From Candidatus Eiseniibacteriota bacterium (lineage in GTDB: Bacteria > Eisenbacteria > RBG-16-71-46 > CAZAMP01), in the NCBI GenBank assembly GCA_965224245.1, contig OZ245046.1:2912001-2976000 (forward strand): a stretch of DNA of 64,000 nt, in the 5' to 3' direction. Positions 43,305 to 51,585 of the stretch are shown piece by piece. Position 1 is the stretch's first letter. Each line of letters opens with the position of its first letter. Under the pieces are notes generated by a model. The model was not told where the DNA came from. It saw nothing but the letters and a program-made list of their open reading frames with translations, and searched no databases. The position numbers were made by a program, and so were the translations under genes.

Positions 43305-43435
43305 CGACCTCTCGCCGGGCTAGCGACCCGCGCTTCGGGTTCGCGGCCTCATCAGCACTCTGCGCAAGACACGCCCCGTGCCACCAACGCATGTCAGTAG
43401 CAAGCGCATGTCAGACGGCGCCCCCCGCTCATGCG

Positions 43436-43987
43436 TCAAGTGGCCCGGTCCATCAGCGGCCGATAGCGCTCCTCGATGACGCGGTGATGGTGGAGCTCGT
43501 GCCCCGCGACATGGAAGGCGAGCCCTCTGGCCGAGGCGGAGTACCCGTTCACCCGACCACGGCGTGTCCACGCGCCCTCGGGCAGGTGCAGCAGCATCGA
43601 GATCGTCGCCGCGCGGACCGCGGCGTACTCGTTCAGAAGACTGGGGACCGTACGGCTCTCGAAGTCCGCCGACGCGACGTAGAGCTTCTCGTCGAAGCCG
43701 GGGAGATCGAGCGTCTCCCCGCGGGCCAGACACAGGATCCGGTACGAGAAGATTCGCTCGTCGTCGATGAGGTGGCCCAGGATCTCCTTGAGCGTCCACT
43801 TCCCGGGGGCGTACGTGGCCCCGCTCTCCACCAGGACCCGCAGGGATTCGAAGAGCTCTCGTGTCCTGGGCTCGAGCTCGACGAGGGCCTCCACCGCATC
43901 GTCGCCCCGGACCGCATCGATGTCCGGCGCCGCGTAGTCCGCGAACTCGCCACTCTCGGCGCGCCCGGTCGGAAGCCGATCCGCCAT
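43436..43987 (-). CDS. DinB family protein
   Basis: YAPGKWTLKEILGHLIDDERIF, GHELHH. Confidence 0.9.
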   Translation of the reverse strand: MADRLPTGRAESGEFADYAAPDIDAVRGDDAVEALVELEPRTRELFESLRVLVESGATYAPGKWTLKEILGHLIDDERIFSYRILCLARGETLDLPGFDEKLYVASADFESRTVPSLLNEYAAVRAATISMLLHLPEGAWTRRGRVNGYSASARGLAFHVAGHELHHHRVIEERYRPLMDRAT

Positions 43988-44074
43988 TGGCCTGACCGCC
44001 TTTCGCTAGCTAGAAGTCCACAGGATCGTGCGATTGCTCATGCCGATCGATCGTCGCCTGACGCATGATCAGCA

Positions 44075-44797
44075 TCATCGGCGGCGCACCGCGCCGTCCG
44101 CCGCACGCTGTCGCTGGACGGCGTCTGGCTTGATGATCTCACAAAAGACGCTGGAGGCATCGACTTCGCAGACGTGGGCTTTCACTTCAACCTTCGCACA
44201 GAGCGTGCGAAACATGTCGGGAGTCATTCGTCCCGCCCGGAAGCCATCCTCGCAGACGATGACACCGTGGGTGGACGCCACGCGATCGACGCGCCCGATG
44301 AGACCCTCCGCCGCCTGGACGTCGAACCAGGCCAGCCGATCCGACCAGAACCTATCCGAGTACGAGGACAACAGCACGAGCCCGCCCGGTCGGGTGACCC
44401 GCAGCGCCTCCTCCAGAAGGCATACCTGATCGACTCCGAATGAGCAGATGCCGTTTTGCAAGCAAAGGACCACGTCGAACGAACCGGCCGGGAACCGCAA
44501 GTCGATGGCGTCCATGCACAGGTACTCGCAACGATCATCGCCCCGGGACAGACGGCGCGCGAGCTCGAGGTTTTGCGGGGCGGTGTCAATGCCGACCACA
44601 CGGTGGGCGACACGCGCAAGCCGCTCCATGATCCGCCCATAGCCACATCCGAGCTCGAGGACCTGGTCCGCTGGTCGAAGGCGCCCGAGAGCGTGGAGAA
44701 TCTCTGCTTCGAGGTACTGACATACTCTCTCGGGGGCGACCTCGTAGCAGCGTCGCAACCGCTCCCCCGACAGCTTTTCCGCGTAGTACCTGCCCAC
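44075..44797 (-). CDS. Class I SAM-dependent methyltransferase
   Basis: VLELGCGYG, SFDVVLC, RVTRPGG. Confidence 0.88.
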   Translation of the reverse strand: MGRYYAEKLSGERLRRCYEVAPERVCQYLEAEILHALGRLRPADQVLELGCGYGRIMERLARVAHRVVGIDTAPQNLELARRLSRGDDRCEYLCMDAIDLRFPAGSFDVVLCLQNGICSFGVDQVCLLEEALRVTRPGGLVLLSSYSDRFWSDRLAWFDVQAAEGLIGRVDRVASTHGVIVCEDGFRAGRMTPDMFRTLCAKVEVKAHVCEVDASSVFCEIIKPDAVQRQRAADGAVRRR

Positions 44798-44818
44798 GCA
44801 GCACGTTTTCCTTCGTCC

Positions 44819-44903
44819 GACCGACGTCCCGAGGTACGGCAGGCCGCGGAGCGAACCGACCGCGGCAACCCGACGTTGCTTGCCGTGACCTATGCCGTAA
44901 GCC
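44819..44903 (-). other. Degenerate attC site
   Basis: ggtacggcagg ... cttgccgtgacc inverted arms, ending gtaagcc. Confidence 0.45.
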
Positions 44904-45143
44904 GGAACCGACGCACGGCGATGATATCACCGTAATCGACCGGACGGACATCCCTGGTCGCCAGCGTCAAGAGGGTCTTTGTACTCCCCGGTGCGGTAAC
45001 AGACTCGACCTCCAGGTGGCCGCATCGCATACCTCGGCGGCAGCGCCGAGATCACCTGATCGGACTCCGAGCTCGCCCCAACACGAGATGTTGCGCCCGC
45101 AACGCTTCCGTAAGCTCCGGCCAGTCACTCGACGTAACCCTCA

Positions 45144-45210
45144 ATCTAACGTTCTGGCATTCACCTGCAGCGCGCGAAGCGCGCTCGTCAGGTGAGACGC
45201 CTTGCTAGGC
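45144..45210 (-). other. attC site
   Basis: atctaac...tcacctgcagcgcgcgaagcgcgctcgtcaggtga...gctaggc. Confidence 0.85.
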
Positions 45211-45224
45211 CGCTGCACCTTTCT

Positions 45225-46022
45225 CTATCCCGGCACCAGCGCCAGGCACGCCCCGACCGGATCCTGGACAGCCGCATACGCGTGCTCTCCATCCGTCCCC
45301 CGTGACGCCTCGATGACCTTGCCCCCTTCCTCTCGTACGCGACGGAGACTCTCGGCGAGGTCGCCAACGGGAAGGTAGATCATCCAGACAGGCGGCAGAT
45401 CCTGGTTCACGCCGCGTGCATGACAGACGCCCGCCGCCGGGTTTCCATCACCACCCAGCATGTTGTAGTCGGCGTAGCGCTCGCTTGCTTCCTCCATCTC
45501 GACATCCTGCACCGACCAGCCAATGACCTGGCGATAGAAGTCACGGGTCGCCGAGGCGTCGGAGACCGTCACGTCGAGCCAGGAGATGCAACCCACACGC
45601 GCCCCGGCGTCGCACGATACGGCACCCTCGGTCGGGGAATGTGCCTCGGCGGAAACGACCGGGATGATCCCGAACGCCGCGCCATTCGGATCGAACAGAG
45701 CCGCCCACTGGCTCTCTCCATCGTCGTCTTTGCCATGCATGAGCTCGCTCCCACCCAGCTCGAGCGCGCGTTCGGCACTCGCTGCGACATCCGCGACCAG
45801 AATGTGCGGCATCCATTGCAGCGGGAGGTCCACATGCTCCGCGGTACGCGCGCCCAGGCCGATGATCGGCATGCCTCGGTTGTTCAGCAGATCTTCGCGC
45901 CAGAGCGGATTGGCGCCCGTGCAGAGTACACGTGAGTAGAAGCGCATCTCACGCTCGTGTTCGGGAACGGCAATGTCGGCGCTGAGGATTCCGCCGACGC
46001 GTGGGACGAAGGGGTCACTCAT
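45225..46022 (-). CDS. Tandem VOC/glyoxalase family protein
   Basis: Two VOC halves: WMPHILVADV..DPNGA and WMIYLPVGDL..DPVGA. Confidence 0.88.
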   Translation of the reverse strand: MSDPFVPRVGGILSADIAVPEHEREMRFYSRVLCTGANPLWREDLLNNRGMPIIGLGARTAEHVDLPLQWMPHILVADVAASAERALELGGSELMHGKDDDGESQWAALFDPNGAAFGIIPVVSAEAHSPTEGAVSCDAGARVGCISWLDVTVSDASATRDFYRQVIGWSVQDVEMEEASERYADYNMLGGDGNPAAGVCHARGVNQDLPPVWMIYLPVGDLAESLRRVREEGGKVIEASRGTDGEHAYAAVQDPVGACLALVPG

Positions 46023-46043
46023 GGGTTTGCATCCTGGTTGACA

Positions 46044-46154
46044 CCGAACCAGCCAAACCGCCCGCTCGTGGACCTCGGGGGAGAACCTGATTGAACGTCC
46101 CATGGGCTCCATCCTCTCGAGGAATCGGCCCTCCGGCAAACCCGGGGCGGTTCA
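46044..46154 (-). mobile_element. IS3-family (IS51-group-like) left-end remnant
   Basis: Minus strand begins TGAACCGCCCCGGGTTTGCCGGAG (IS629/IS6110-like IRL), followed by orfA start MGRSIRFSPEVHERAVWLV. Confidence 0.8.
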
Positions 46155-46158
46155 GACA

Positions 46159-46425
46159 TCAGGCAGCGGACTCCTTGTTGACATCCCAGTTCGGGAACAC
46201 CAGTACCGCGGGGTGACACTTGAGCGCGCGAGCGATGATCTTCGCCCGCTCGACCCCGAGGTTGACCCGATCGTTCTCGATGGCCGAAATCGTCGACTGC
46301 GGAATGCCCGTGAGTTCCGCAAGCGCGTTCTGACTCAGATCCTGCAGCTCACGGATGATCCGAACCGACTCCCCAACGGAGACATCGACTGTCTTCCTCG
46401 CGCGGCGAAGGTCCTTGCCACTCAT
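46159..46425 (-). CDS. HigA-like HTH antitoxin
   Basis: Xre HTH LSQNALAELTGIPQSTISAIEN; downstream of the toxin. Confidence 0.88.
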   Translation of the reverse strand: MSGKDLRRARKTVDVSVGESVRIIRELQDLSQNALAELTGIPQSTISAIENDRVNLGVERAKIIARALKCHPAVLVFPNWDVNKESAA

Positions 46426-46428
46426 TCC

Positions 46429-46710
46429 CTACTTCCTCCGATAGTCGTGAGGGGTGATATCCAGAACGAGGACGAGAACCCGGTCCGCCTCTACCCGGTA
46501 GATGACTCCGTACTGACCTCCAAGGCGAGATGACCGGTGTCCAGCCCACTCTCCCCGAAGCGCCTCGCCATGGAACCCCTTGATGAGGCGAAGGCCCTTG
46601 GGGCCCGACAGACGCACGATGTCCTTCCACTTCTCGTACCGCTCGAGGACCTCGACAGGCAGTCGCGACAGGCGCCGTCCAAGACGCCGATGCTCGAGGA
46701 CCTCCCACAT
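46429..46710 (-). CDS. RelE/HigB-like toxin
   Basis: YEKWKDIV..SGP.GLR.IKGFH.EAL.GEW.GHRSSRL. Confidence 0.85.
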   Translation of the reverse strand: MWEVLEHRRLGRRLSRLPVEVLERYEKWKDIVRLSGPKGLRLIKGFHGEALRGEWAGHRSSRLGGQYGVIYRVEADRVLVLVLDITPHDYRRK

Positions 46711-46716
46711 GACCCA

Positions 46717-46745
46717 AATGTACTATACTCAATATGGTATGTCTA
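46717..46745 (-). promoter_or_regulatory. sigma70 promoter TAGACA-N17-TACATT, 6 nt before ATG, with imperfect palindrome in the spacer
   Basis: Minus strand tagaca taccatattgagtatag tacatt tgggtc ATG. Confidence 0.75.
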
Positions 46746-46763
46746 CCCAGTTGCGTGTGGGCG

Positions 46764-46823
46764 GCCCAACGCTTGGCTTCAGCTGCAACGCGAAGCGTTG
46801 GCGGGTGCAAGCCGTCATTCGGC
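46764..46823 (-). other. attC site
   Basis: gcccaac..ggcttcagctgcaacgcgaagcgttggcgggtgcaagcc..attcggc. Confidence 0.8.
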
Positions 46824-46850
46824 TTCCGCTCGGAGCGGGGTCGCCTGAGA

Positions 46851-47387
46851 CTACCCGGCCAAGTGCGTCGCCTCGAAGCGTCGCCCTGCAAGCACGAGGT
46901 GAGCGCGGCGGTCGGTAGATGGTAGAAGGCCATACGGCTCGAGTAGCGGCTCCAAACCCGGCTCTACGGGAACTTCAAGCGCCTGGACGAGGGGATGCCC
47001 AGTGACCGGGGCAGCCTCGCGGATTTCCAGCAATGTACCGACCCCGGGCCTTGCAAGCCATGCCGTGCGATGCTTCGCAACGCTCTCGAGGCTCCTCGGA
47101 TGGAGGAACCAGCCGCTAACCCGGGCAAGATGCTCCTCGAGGGCCGTGACGTTGACTGCGACATGGTGCAGGCCCGGCCCACGGGAGGCGAGAGCACGCG
47201 CGTACGGCCCCTCGGTTCCAAGGGCCTGCATGAGAAGCAACCGCCCCCCGCTCTCTGGTGCGCCGACGTACGCTTCGCGCGTACCTTCAGCAGGAAACTC
47301 CTCAACGGGTCCGACTGAGAGGCCGAGCGGCTCGAGCCGCGAGAGAACCGTCTGCACGTTCGCAACCAAGAGGGCAACGTGGTCCAT
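46851..47387 (-). CDS. VOC family protein (methylmalonyl-CoA epimerase-like)
   Basis: DHVALLV, RGPGLHHVA, LLEI. Confidence 0.8.
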   Translation of the reverse strand: MDHVALLVANVQTVLSRLEPLGLSVGPVEEFPAEGTREAYVGAPESGGRLLLMQALGTEGPYARALASRGPGLHHVAVNVTALEEHLARVSGWFLHPRSLESVAKHRTAWLARPGVGTLLEIREAAPVTGHPLVQALEVPVEPGLEPLLEPYGLLPSTDRRAHLVLAGRRFEATHLAG

Positions 47388-47467
47388 CGCAGCATGCTCC
47401 TTTCACACCGTCTCAACAGGTTGTCGGCAGCAACATGTGAGAGTCCGGAGGTCTGCTGGGATCTATC

Positions 47468-47575
47468 ACCGAACGGATCTGCCGTTAGGCTGCGGACGCA
47501 ACTCAATCGAGTGCAAGCCGGAACGGCTTGCACTCCTTAGAAACGCGAGCCGTCAGCTTAAACGGCTTGTTAGAC
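47468..47575 (-). other. attC site
   Basis: accgaac..gccgttaggctg..gagtgcaagccggaacggcttgcactc..cagcttaaacggc..gttagac. Confidence 0.85.
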
Positions 47576-47597
47576 GGTCGGCCCAGATTACCGTGTC

Positions 47598-48248
47598 CTA
47601 CCCCCAGCCTGCGTGAAGCCGATCCCGCACGTCGGGGAAGCGAGCAGCGATTGCCGCGAGACCGGTGGTGCATGAGGACACTAGCGTCGGCACGCTGCCC
47701 GAGGCGACGAAGAATGTGACGTTTGCCGCGATCCCTACCATTCCGGCGACACCAGGGGCGATGTCTCGGATGCTGATCTTGTACTGGGCCGCCTGAAGGT
47801 CGCGGAGGACGTGCGAGACGAAATGGTCGTAAGCGGCGCGCACGTTGAGGCCGTTTAGGTCAAGCGCCTCCTTCCAGGCCATCAGGTCGTCGAACTCCTG
47901 CTTGGTGTATCCGAGTTCCCGATAGATCTCCTCCTCGTGCTCCACCTTCGTCAGCGCCAGTCCAGGGGCGCCCGCAATCTGGGCGCCTATGAATGCAAGA
48001 GGGTCCTCGTAGGTGCTGAATGCGACCGAGTCGTCCGCGTGCAAGTAGTCGTGGCGAATGGTGTAGGTTCTTATTGACGCGTCGAGCAGTGCCAACTCCC
48101 GCCCCAACTCTGCTAGCGTACCTTCAAGCGGCTCTACGGCTCCGTGCTCGATCGCATGTCGGAGTTTCCGTATCCTTAGCCGCGCCGCGTCGGACCGTTC
48201 TTTGAGGCGTTCAATCGCCGCATGCGAGTTGTGATTGACGAACGGCAT
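47598..48248 (-). CDS. Hypothetical protein (coiled coil plus C-terminal hydrophobic helices)
   Basis: RBS GGAGGG; ORF fills the cassette between two attC sites. Confidence 0.65.
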   Translation of the reverse strand: MPFVNHNSHAAIERLKERSDAARLRIRKLRHAIEHGAVEPLEGTLAELGRELALLDASIRTYTIRHDYLHADDSVAFSTYEDPLAFIGAQIAGAPGLALTKVEHEEEIYRELGYTKQEFDDLMAWKEALDLNGLNVRAAYDHFVSHVLRDLQAAQYKISIRDIAPGVAGMVGIAANVTFFVASGSVPTLVSSCTTGLAAIAARFPDVRDRLHAGWG

Positions 48249-48292
48249 TTGTCCCTCCCCCCGGCCAATGCCTACCCGCTCGGCGTTCCGCC

Positions 48293-48331
48293 GTCTAGCG
48301 AACGATGAAGCGATGAGCCGCGTCGTTATGT
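48293..48331 (-). other. Internally deleted attC site (39 bp)
   Basis: gtctagc..gcgatgagccgcg..gttatgt; one arm is shared with the 50927 site, the partner arm is missing. Confidence 0.65.
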
Positions 48332-48607
48332 GGGTGGCCGACTCTGTCGCCCTTGCCTCCCGGGCACATCTGGAAGAGCAAGCAGCGCTTCCGGCGCGAG
48401 ATCCGCGCCGTTCGGCCAAACGACCGTCCGTGACCCGGGGTCAATAGCCACCTGTGCAAAGAACTCAGGCTCCCGCACGGCGGCAAACATCGGACCCGTG
48501 AGCAACTCGGTCAGGTCGACGATTCGGCGTACGCCGTTATCGAAAACCACTTCGAGCACCCGCCCGCCACGAGGCGTCGCCTTGACAACATGTGGAATGC
48601 TACTCAT
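48326..48607 (-). CDS. DUF2442 family antitoxin-like protein
   Basis: L.V.FDNG, GPMF, TVVWPNGADLAPE. Confidence 0.88.
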   Translation of the reverse strand: MSSIPHVVKATPRGGRVLEVVFDNGVRRIVDLTELLTGPMFAAVREPEFFAQVAIDPGSRTVVWPNGADLAPEALLALPDVPGRQGRQSRPPT

Positions 48608-48613
48608 CTGCTT

Positions 48614-48874
48614 CTACTCCAGAGGCGCGATCACAGCGAGTAGTTCGCCGTTCTGCGCCCGCTGCCAGTTGGCGGCAAGCTCCGCCTGGTGATGACGTGC
48701 CCACGTACGAACCAGTCGGTGCGCACGGCGTGGCAACCGCCCGGCCACAACGCGTGCTGACACGATCGCCACCTCGGCCTCGTACTGAGCGTAGATCGCG
48801 TGGAAGTGAGGCGGCGCCTGGTCTCGCCAGTACATGTAGATCGCAATGCCATAGAACTCCAAAACCCTCGGCAC
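48614..48874 (-). CDS. DUF4160 family toxin-like protein
   Basis: MP....FYGI.I.MY, PPHFHA.Y, W...HQ.EL..NW. Confidence 0.88.
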   Translation of the reverse strand: MPRVLEFYGIAIYMYWRDQAPPHFHAIYAQYEAEVAIVSARVVAGRLPRRAHRLVRTWARHHQAELAANWQRAQNGELLAVIAPLE

Positions 48875-48946
48875 GGACTCCCCAAGCAGTCTGGGGAGAG
48901 AAAGGCGTCGCGGGGTTCATGGCTTGTCGACCTTTGCTCCTACTCC

Positions 48947-49012
48947 ACATAACGTCTTCTCGTTCACCTGCGGGCCGGGGAGCGGGCCGTCAGGTGCAAC
49001 GGCTCATCATGT
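48947..49012 (-). other. attC site
   Basis: acataac..cgttcacctgcggg..ccgtcaggtgcaacg..atcatgt. Confidence 0.8.
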
Positions 49013-49031
49013 CCGTGCGATACTAGGAGCA

Positions 49032-49238
49032 CTACGAAAGACCGTGGCCACGGGCGGCCACGTGCGGTCTACCAGCCTGTGTAACGCCCCCTGCCATTCC
49101 AAAACGCTCGAAGTAGTAGCGCTCTCCTACGAGGAACGGCTGGTCAGCGAGCCAGAGAGCTGGCGGGTGCTCGTAGGGAGGGGCGTACTCGTACCAGCGC
49201 CGCAGATCGCTGAAGTCCTCGTTATTGAAGAACGACAT
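49032..49238 (-). CDS. Short hypothetical protein (possibly truncated)
   Basis: RBS GAGG; fills the cassette between two attC sites. Confidence 0.5.
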   Translation of the reverse strand: MSFFNNEDFSDLRRWYEYAPPYEHPPALWLADQPFLVGERYYFERFGMAGGVTQAGRPHVAARGHGLS

Positions 49239-49249
49239 GACTGTCCTCA

Positions 49250-49328
49250 GTCTGACGTTGCCTTAACCTGCGGGCGCGACCCTAGCGCAAGCAAGGGCGT
49301 GACCGACAGGTTCGAGGTAGTGTTAGAC
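49250..49328 (-). other. attC site
   Basis: gtctgac..ccttaacctg..caggttcgagg..gttagac. Confidence 0.8.
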
Positions 49329-49340
49329 GACCCCCGCGCT

Positions 49341-49631
49341 TCACGCGCCATCGTAATGATGGACGACGGTGTGCTTGAGAAGGTGTGCTTCATCGGGATC
49401 AATCACTGCCTCCCACCAGCTGGTACCGGCGAAATCCTCAAGTGCTTCCAGATCACGCCACATCGTGATCATGAGAAACTCATTCGGTGACGAAGGGAGG
49501 GGCGTGCCGATCCGCGCCTCAAGCACTCCATGTTGAGCTTGAAGCATGGGGAGTGCCTTGTTGACAAAGAACGCCTCGAACGCTTCTTGCTTGCCATCAT
49601 GCACCGTTGCTCGGAAAACCCGAATGATCAT
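49341..49631 (-). CDS. Antibiotic biosynthesis monooxygenase (ABM) family protein
   Basis: MIIRVFRA.V..GK...FE, F.MIT.W.DL.AL..FAG. Confidence 0.8.
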   Translation of the reverse strand: MIIRVFRATVHDGKQEAFEAFFVNKALPMLQAQHGVLEARIGTPLPSSPNEFLMITMWRDLEALEDFAGTSWWEAVIDPDEAHLLKHTVVHHYDGA

Positions 49632-49654
49632 CCGGTCACATCCTCTTCAAGTTC

Positions 49655-49720
49655 GTCTAGTGCCCAGCGCATCAACTGCGGCCGGCGCAGCCGGCCGTCA
49701 GCTGCATGCCGCCGTTAGGC
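49655..49720 (-). other. attC site
   Basis: gtctagt..gcatcaactgcggccggcgcagccggccgtcagctgcatgc..gttaggc. Confidence 0.82.
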
Positions 49721-49721
49721 G

Positions 49722-49997
49722 CTACGATGCCTTGTCAAGCTCCTCGCGAATGCGCTCGGCGAGGAAGATCTTGAGCAAAGACTGATACGGAACATCCCGC
49801 TTGTTCGCCAGAAGCTTGAGCTCCTCGAGAAGTGATTCTGGCAGCCGGAGGGAGATGGTCTTTGTTGAGGGCTTGAGGCCAGAGAACCGAACACGCTTCC
49901 CCTTCGACCAGTCCACGTAGTCCGTGGAGTCGTTCTCCGACCAGAACTCGCGTTCGCGTTCCTCACTCCGGTGACGCGGTATCTTCTTCTTGGGCAC
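49722..49997 (-). CDS. BrnA/CopG-like antitoxin
   Basis: EREFW...DSTDY.DW, ISLRLPE, ANKRDVPYQSL. Confidence 0.88.
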   Translation of the reverse strand: MPKKKIPRHRSEEREREFWSENDSTDYVDWSKGKRVRFSGLKPSTKTISLRLPESLLEELKLLANKRDVPYQSLLKIFLAERIREELDKAS

Positions 49998-50295
49998 TTT
50001 CGTATGCCTTTCGTTCGCGCCGGCTCATGTCGCGGGCAGAGATGACTCGAATGAGACCATCCCGAAGGGTGAAGACCAGGAACAGCCTGCGCCCTCCGTC
50101 TGTCTGCCCCAGAGCAAGATACCGACGCTCCTGCATGGAGTGCTTGTCGTCTACCACCGTTACCAGGGGCAGGTTGAAGAACGCTTGCTCGCACTCGGCC
50201 CTTGATACTTCGTGGCGATGCCAGTTCTTCTCGGCGTTCCCCTGGCCCCACCGGAACCCGGTACACCGTGCGAGTTCATCCCGTGGCTCGGCCAT
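49963..50295 (-). CDS. BrnT family toxin
   Basis: GF.W..GN..KNW.RH.V, D.KHS..E.R, VFTLR...IRVISARDM...ER. Confidence 0.9.
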   Translation of the reverse strand: MAEPRDELARCTGFRWGQGNAEKNWHRHEVSRAECEQAFFNLPLVTVVDDKHSMQERRYLALGQTDGGRRLFLVFTLRDGLIRVISARDMSRRERKAYESAQEEDTASPE

Positions 50296-50301
50296 GGGTA
50301 A

Positions 50302-50330
50302 AGTATATTGCTAACATATACATATGTCAA
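50302..50330 (-). promoter_or_regulatory. sigma70 promoter TTGACA-N17-TATACT, 6 nt before ATG, overlapping palindrome ACATAT-N2-ATATGT
   Basis: Minus strand ttgaca tatgtatatgttagcaa tatact ttaccc ATG. Confidence 0.85.
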
Positions 50331-50364
50331 TTGCCACGACTCCGCCGAGGGAGCCTTCCTGTGC

Positions 50365-50437
50365 GCCCAACGACTGGAATCCAGCGGCCCGGCCGGGCGC
50401 GAAGCGCGGTCGGGCCCGCTGCAATGACTTGTTAGGC
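50365..50437 (-). other. attC site
   Basis: gcccaac..cagcggcccggccgggcgcgaagcgcggtcgggcccgctg..gttaggc. Confidence 0.85.
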
Positions 50438-50457
50438 GGCGCGTCCCCAGCTTCCAA

Positions 50458-50907
50458 TCAGCTGAGACTCTTGGTTAAACGACGGCGCGAAAGAGGACTG
50501 AAGCCGGATCGTTCGTAGAGCGCCTGTGCTCGAGGCCTGTGCGGCTCCACTTCGAGATGAAGAGCCCGGACACCACATTCGCGGCAGAAAGCCTCCGCCA
50601 CTTCGAGTGCCTGGGACCCGATGCCGAGCGAACGGAAAGGCGCTGAAACATACAGTTCATCGAGGAAGGCGTCGCGGCCACCATACTCGAGGCTGAAACC
50701 AAAGGTCACAGCGAAGTACCCTGCCAAGGTGCCATCCGAGTTGGCGATAACCCAGAGACGTCCAAGGTTGTCGTTGGACTGCAGTTCCTTTAGTGCGGTA
50801 ACGGCAGACTGTGGATCGAAGGAGTAGCGATCGTTCTGATAGTAGCTGGCCTGTAGCTGCGCCACCAACTCGACATCGGCTTCTCTTGCAGGTCGGATGT
50901 GTGGCAT
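50458..50907 (-). CDS. GNAT acetyltransferase
   Basis: FSLEYGG, DELYV...FRSLGIG, LYERSGF. Confidence 0.9.
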   Translation of the reverse strand: MPHIRPAREADVELVAQLQASYYQNDRYSFDPQSAVTALKELQSNDNLGRLWVIANSDGTLAGYFAVTFGFSLEYGGRDAFLDELYVSAPFRSLGIGSQALEVAEAFCRECGVRALHLEVEPHRPRAQALYERSGFSPLSRRRLTKSLS

Positions 50908-50926
50908 GAGGCTCTCGCGGAGTGAC

Positions 50927-50994
50927 GCCTAAACATTCCACGCGATGAGCCGCGGGCGCCGAAGGCGACCGACGGCTCCATTGCGCAGTTAGGC
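50927..50994 (-). other. attC site
   Basis: gcctaaac..cgcgatgagccg..cggctccattgcg..gttaggc. Confidence 0.82.
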
Positions 50995-51001
50995 TGGCGA
51001 G

Positions 51002-51292
51002 TTACGCAGCCGAGTCGAGGTACTCGCGGATGATCCGAGGATGCCTTGCCGCGATGCGCAGAAGCGCAATCGCCGGCCCTTCGGGCAAGCGGCGATCTTG
51101 CTCCCAATTGCGCAGCGTGTGAACGCTGATCCCCATCGCCTCCGCGAACCGCACCTGCGTCAACCCTACGAAACGACGAAGTGCTAGAACATCCGCACCG
51201 GACTCGAACTTGCCAGCCACCAGGCGCTTCCTAACCCGCGCCGGAATGGCTCGCGCCAGCTGTTTTGCACTAAGCTCAGGAATGTCACTCAT
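51002..51292 (-). CDS. HTH (Xre) antitoxin
   Basis: LTQ..FA..MGISV.TLRNWEQ.RR.PEGPA..LL. Confidence 0.9.
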   Translation of the reverse strand: MSDIPELSAKQLARAIPARVRKRLVAGKFESGADVLALRRFVGLTQVRFAEAMGISVHTLRNWEQDRRLPEGPAIALLRIAARHPRIIREYLDSAA

Positions 51293-51578
51293 CTTCGTTT
51301 TCCCAGGAATGCCTCATAATGCTCACGCTCACGTCTGGTCGCAGGCCGAACGCTGATGATTCGCAGAACATCCTCGTCTTCTTCGGTCCACACGACCAGT
51401 ACGACACCTCGGTTCTCGGGCCGAGCGCGATGAACCGCTCCTCATCCTCCGAATGACGCTCGTCGAAGAGTTCCAGATAGTCCACCCCGGACGTGAAGAG
51501 CCGGCTCGCCTCCTCGAAGGAGAGCCCGTGCTTGGTGACGTTGGCGCGGTTCTTCTCCTCATCCCATGTGACTTCCGT
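51289..51578 (-). pseudogene. BrnT-family toxin, frameshifted near 51415
   Basis: EVTWDEEKNRANVTKHGLSFEEA...ERFIALGP continues in another frame as RGVVLVVWTEEDEDVLRIISVRPATRRER..., whose stop overlaps the antitoxin ATG. Confidence 0.8.
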
Positions 51579-51585
51579 GTGCAAC

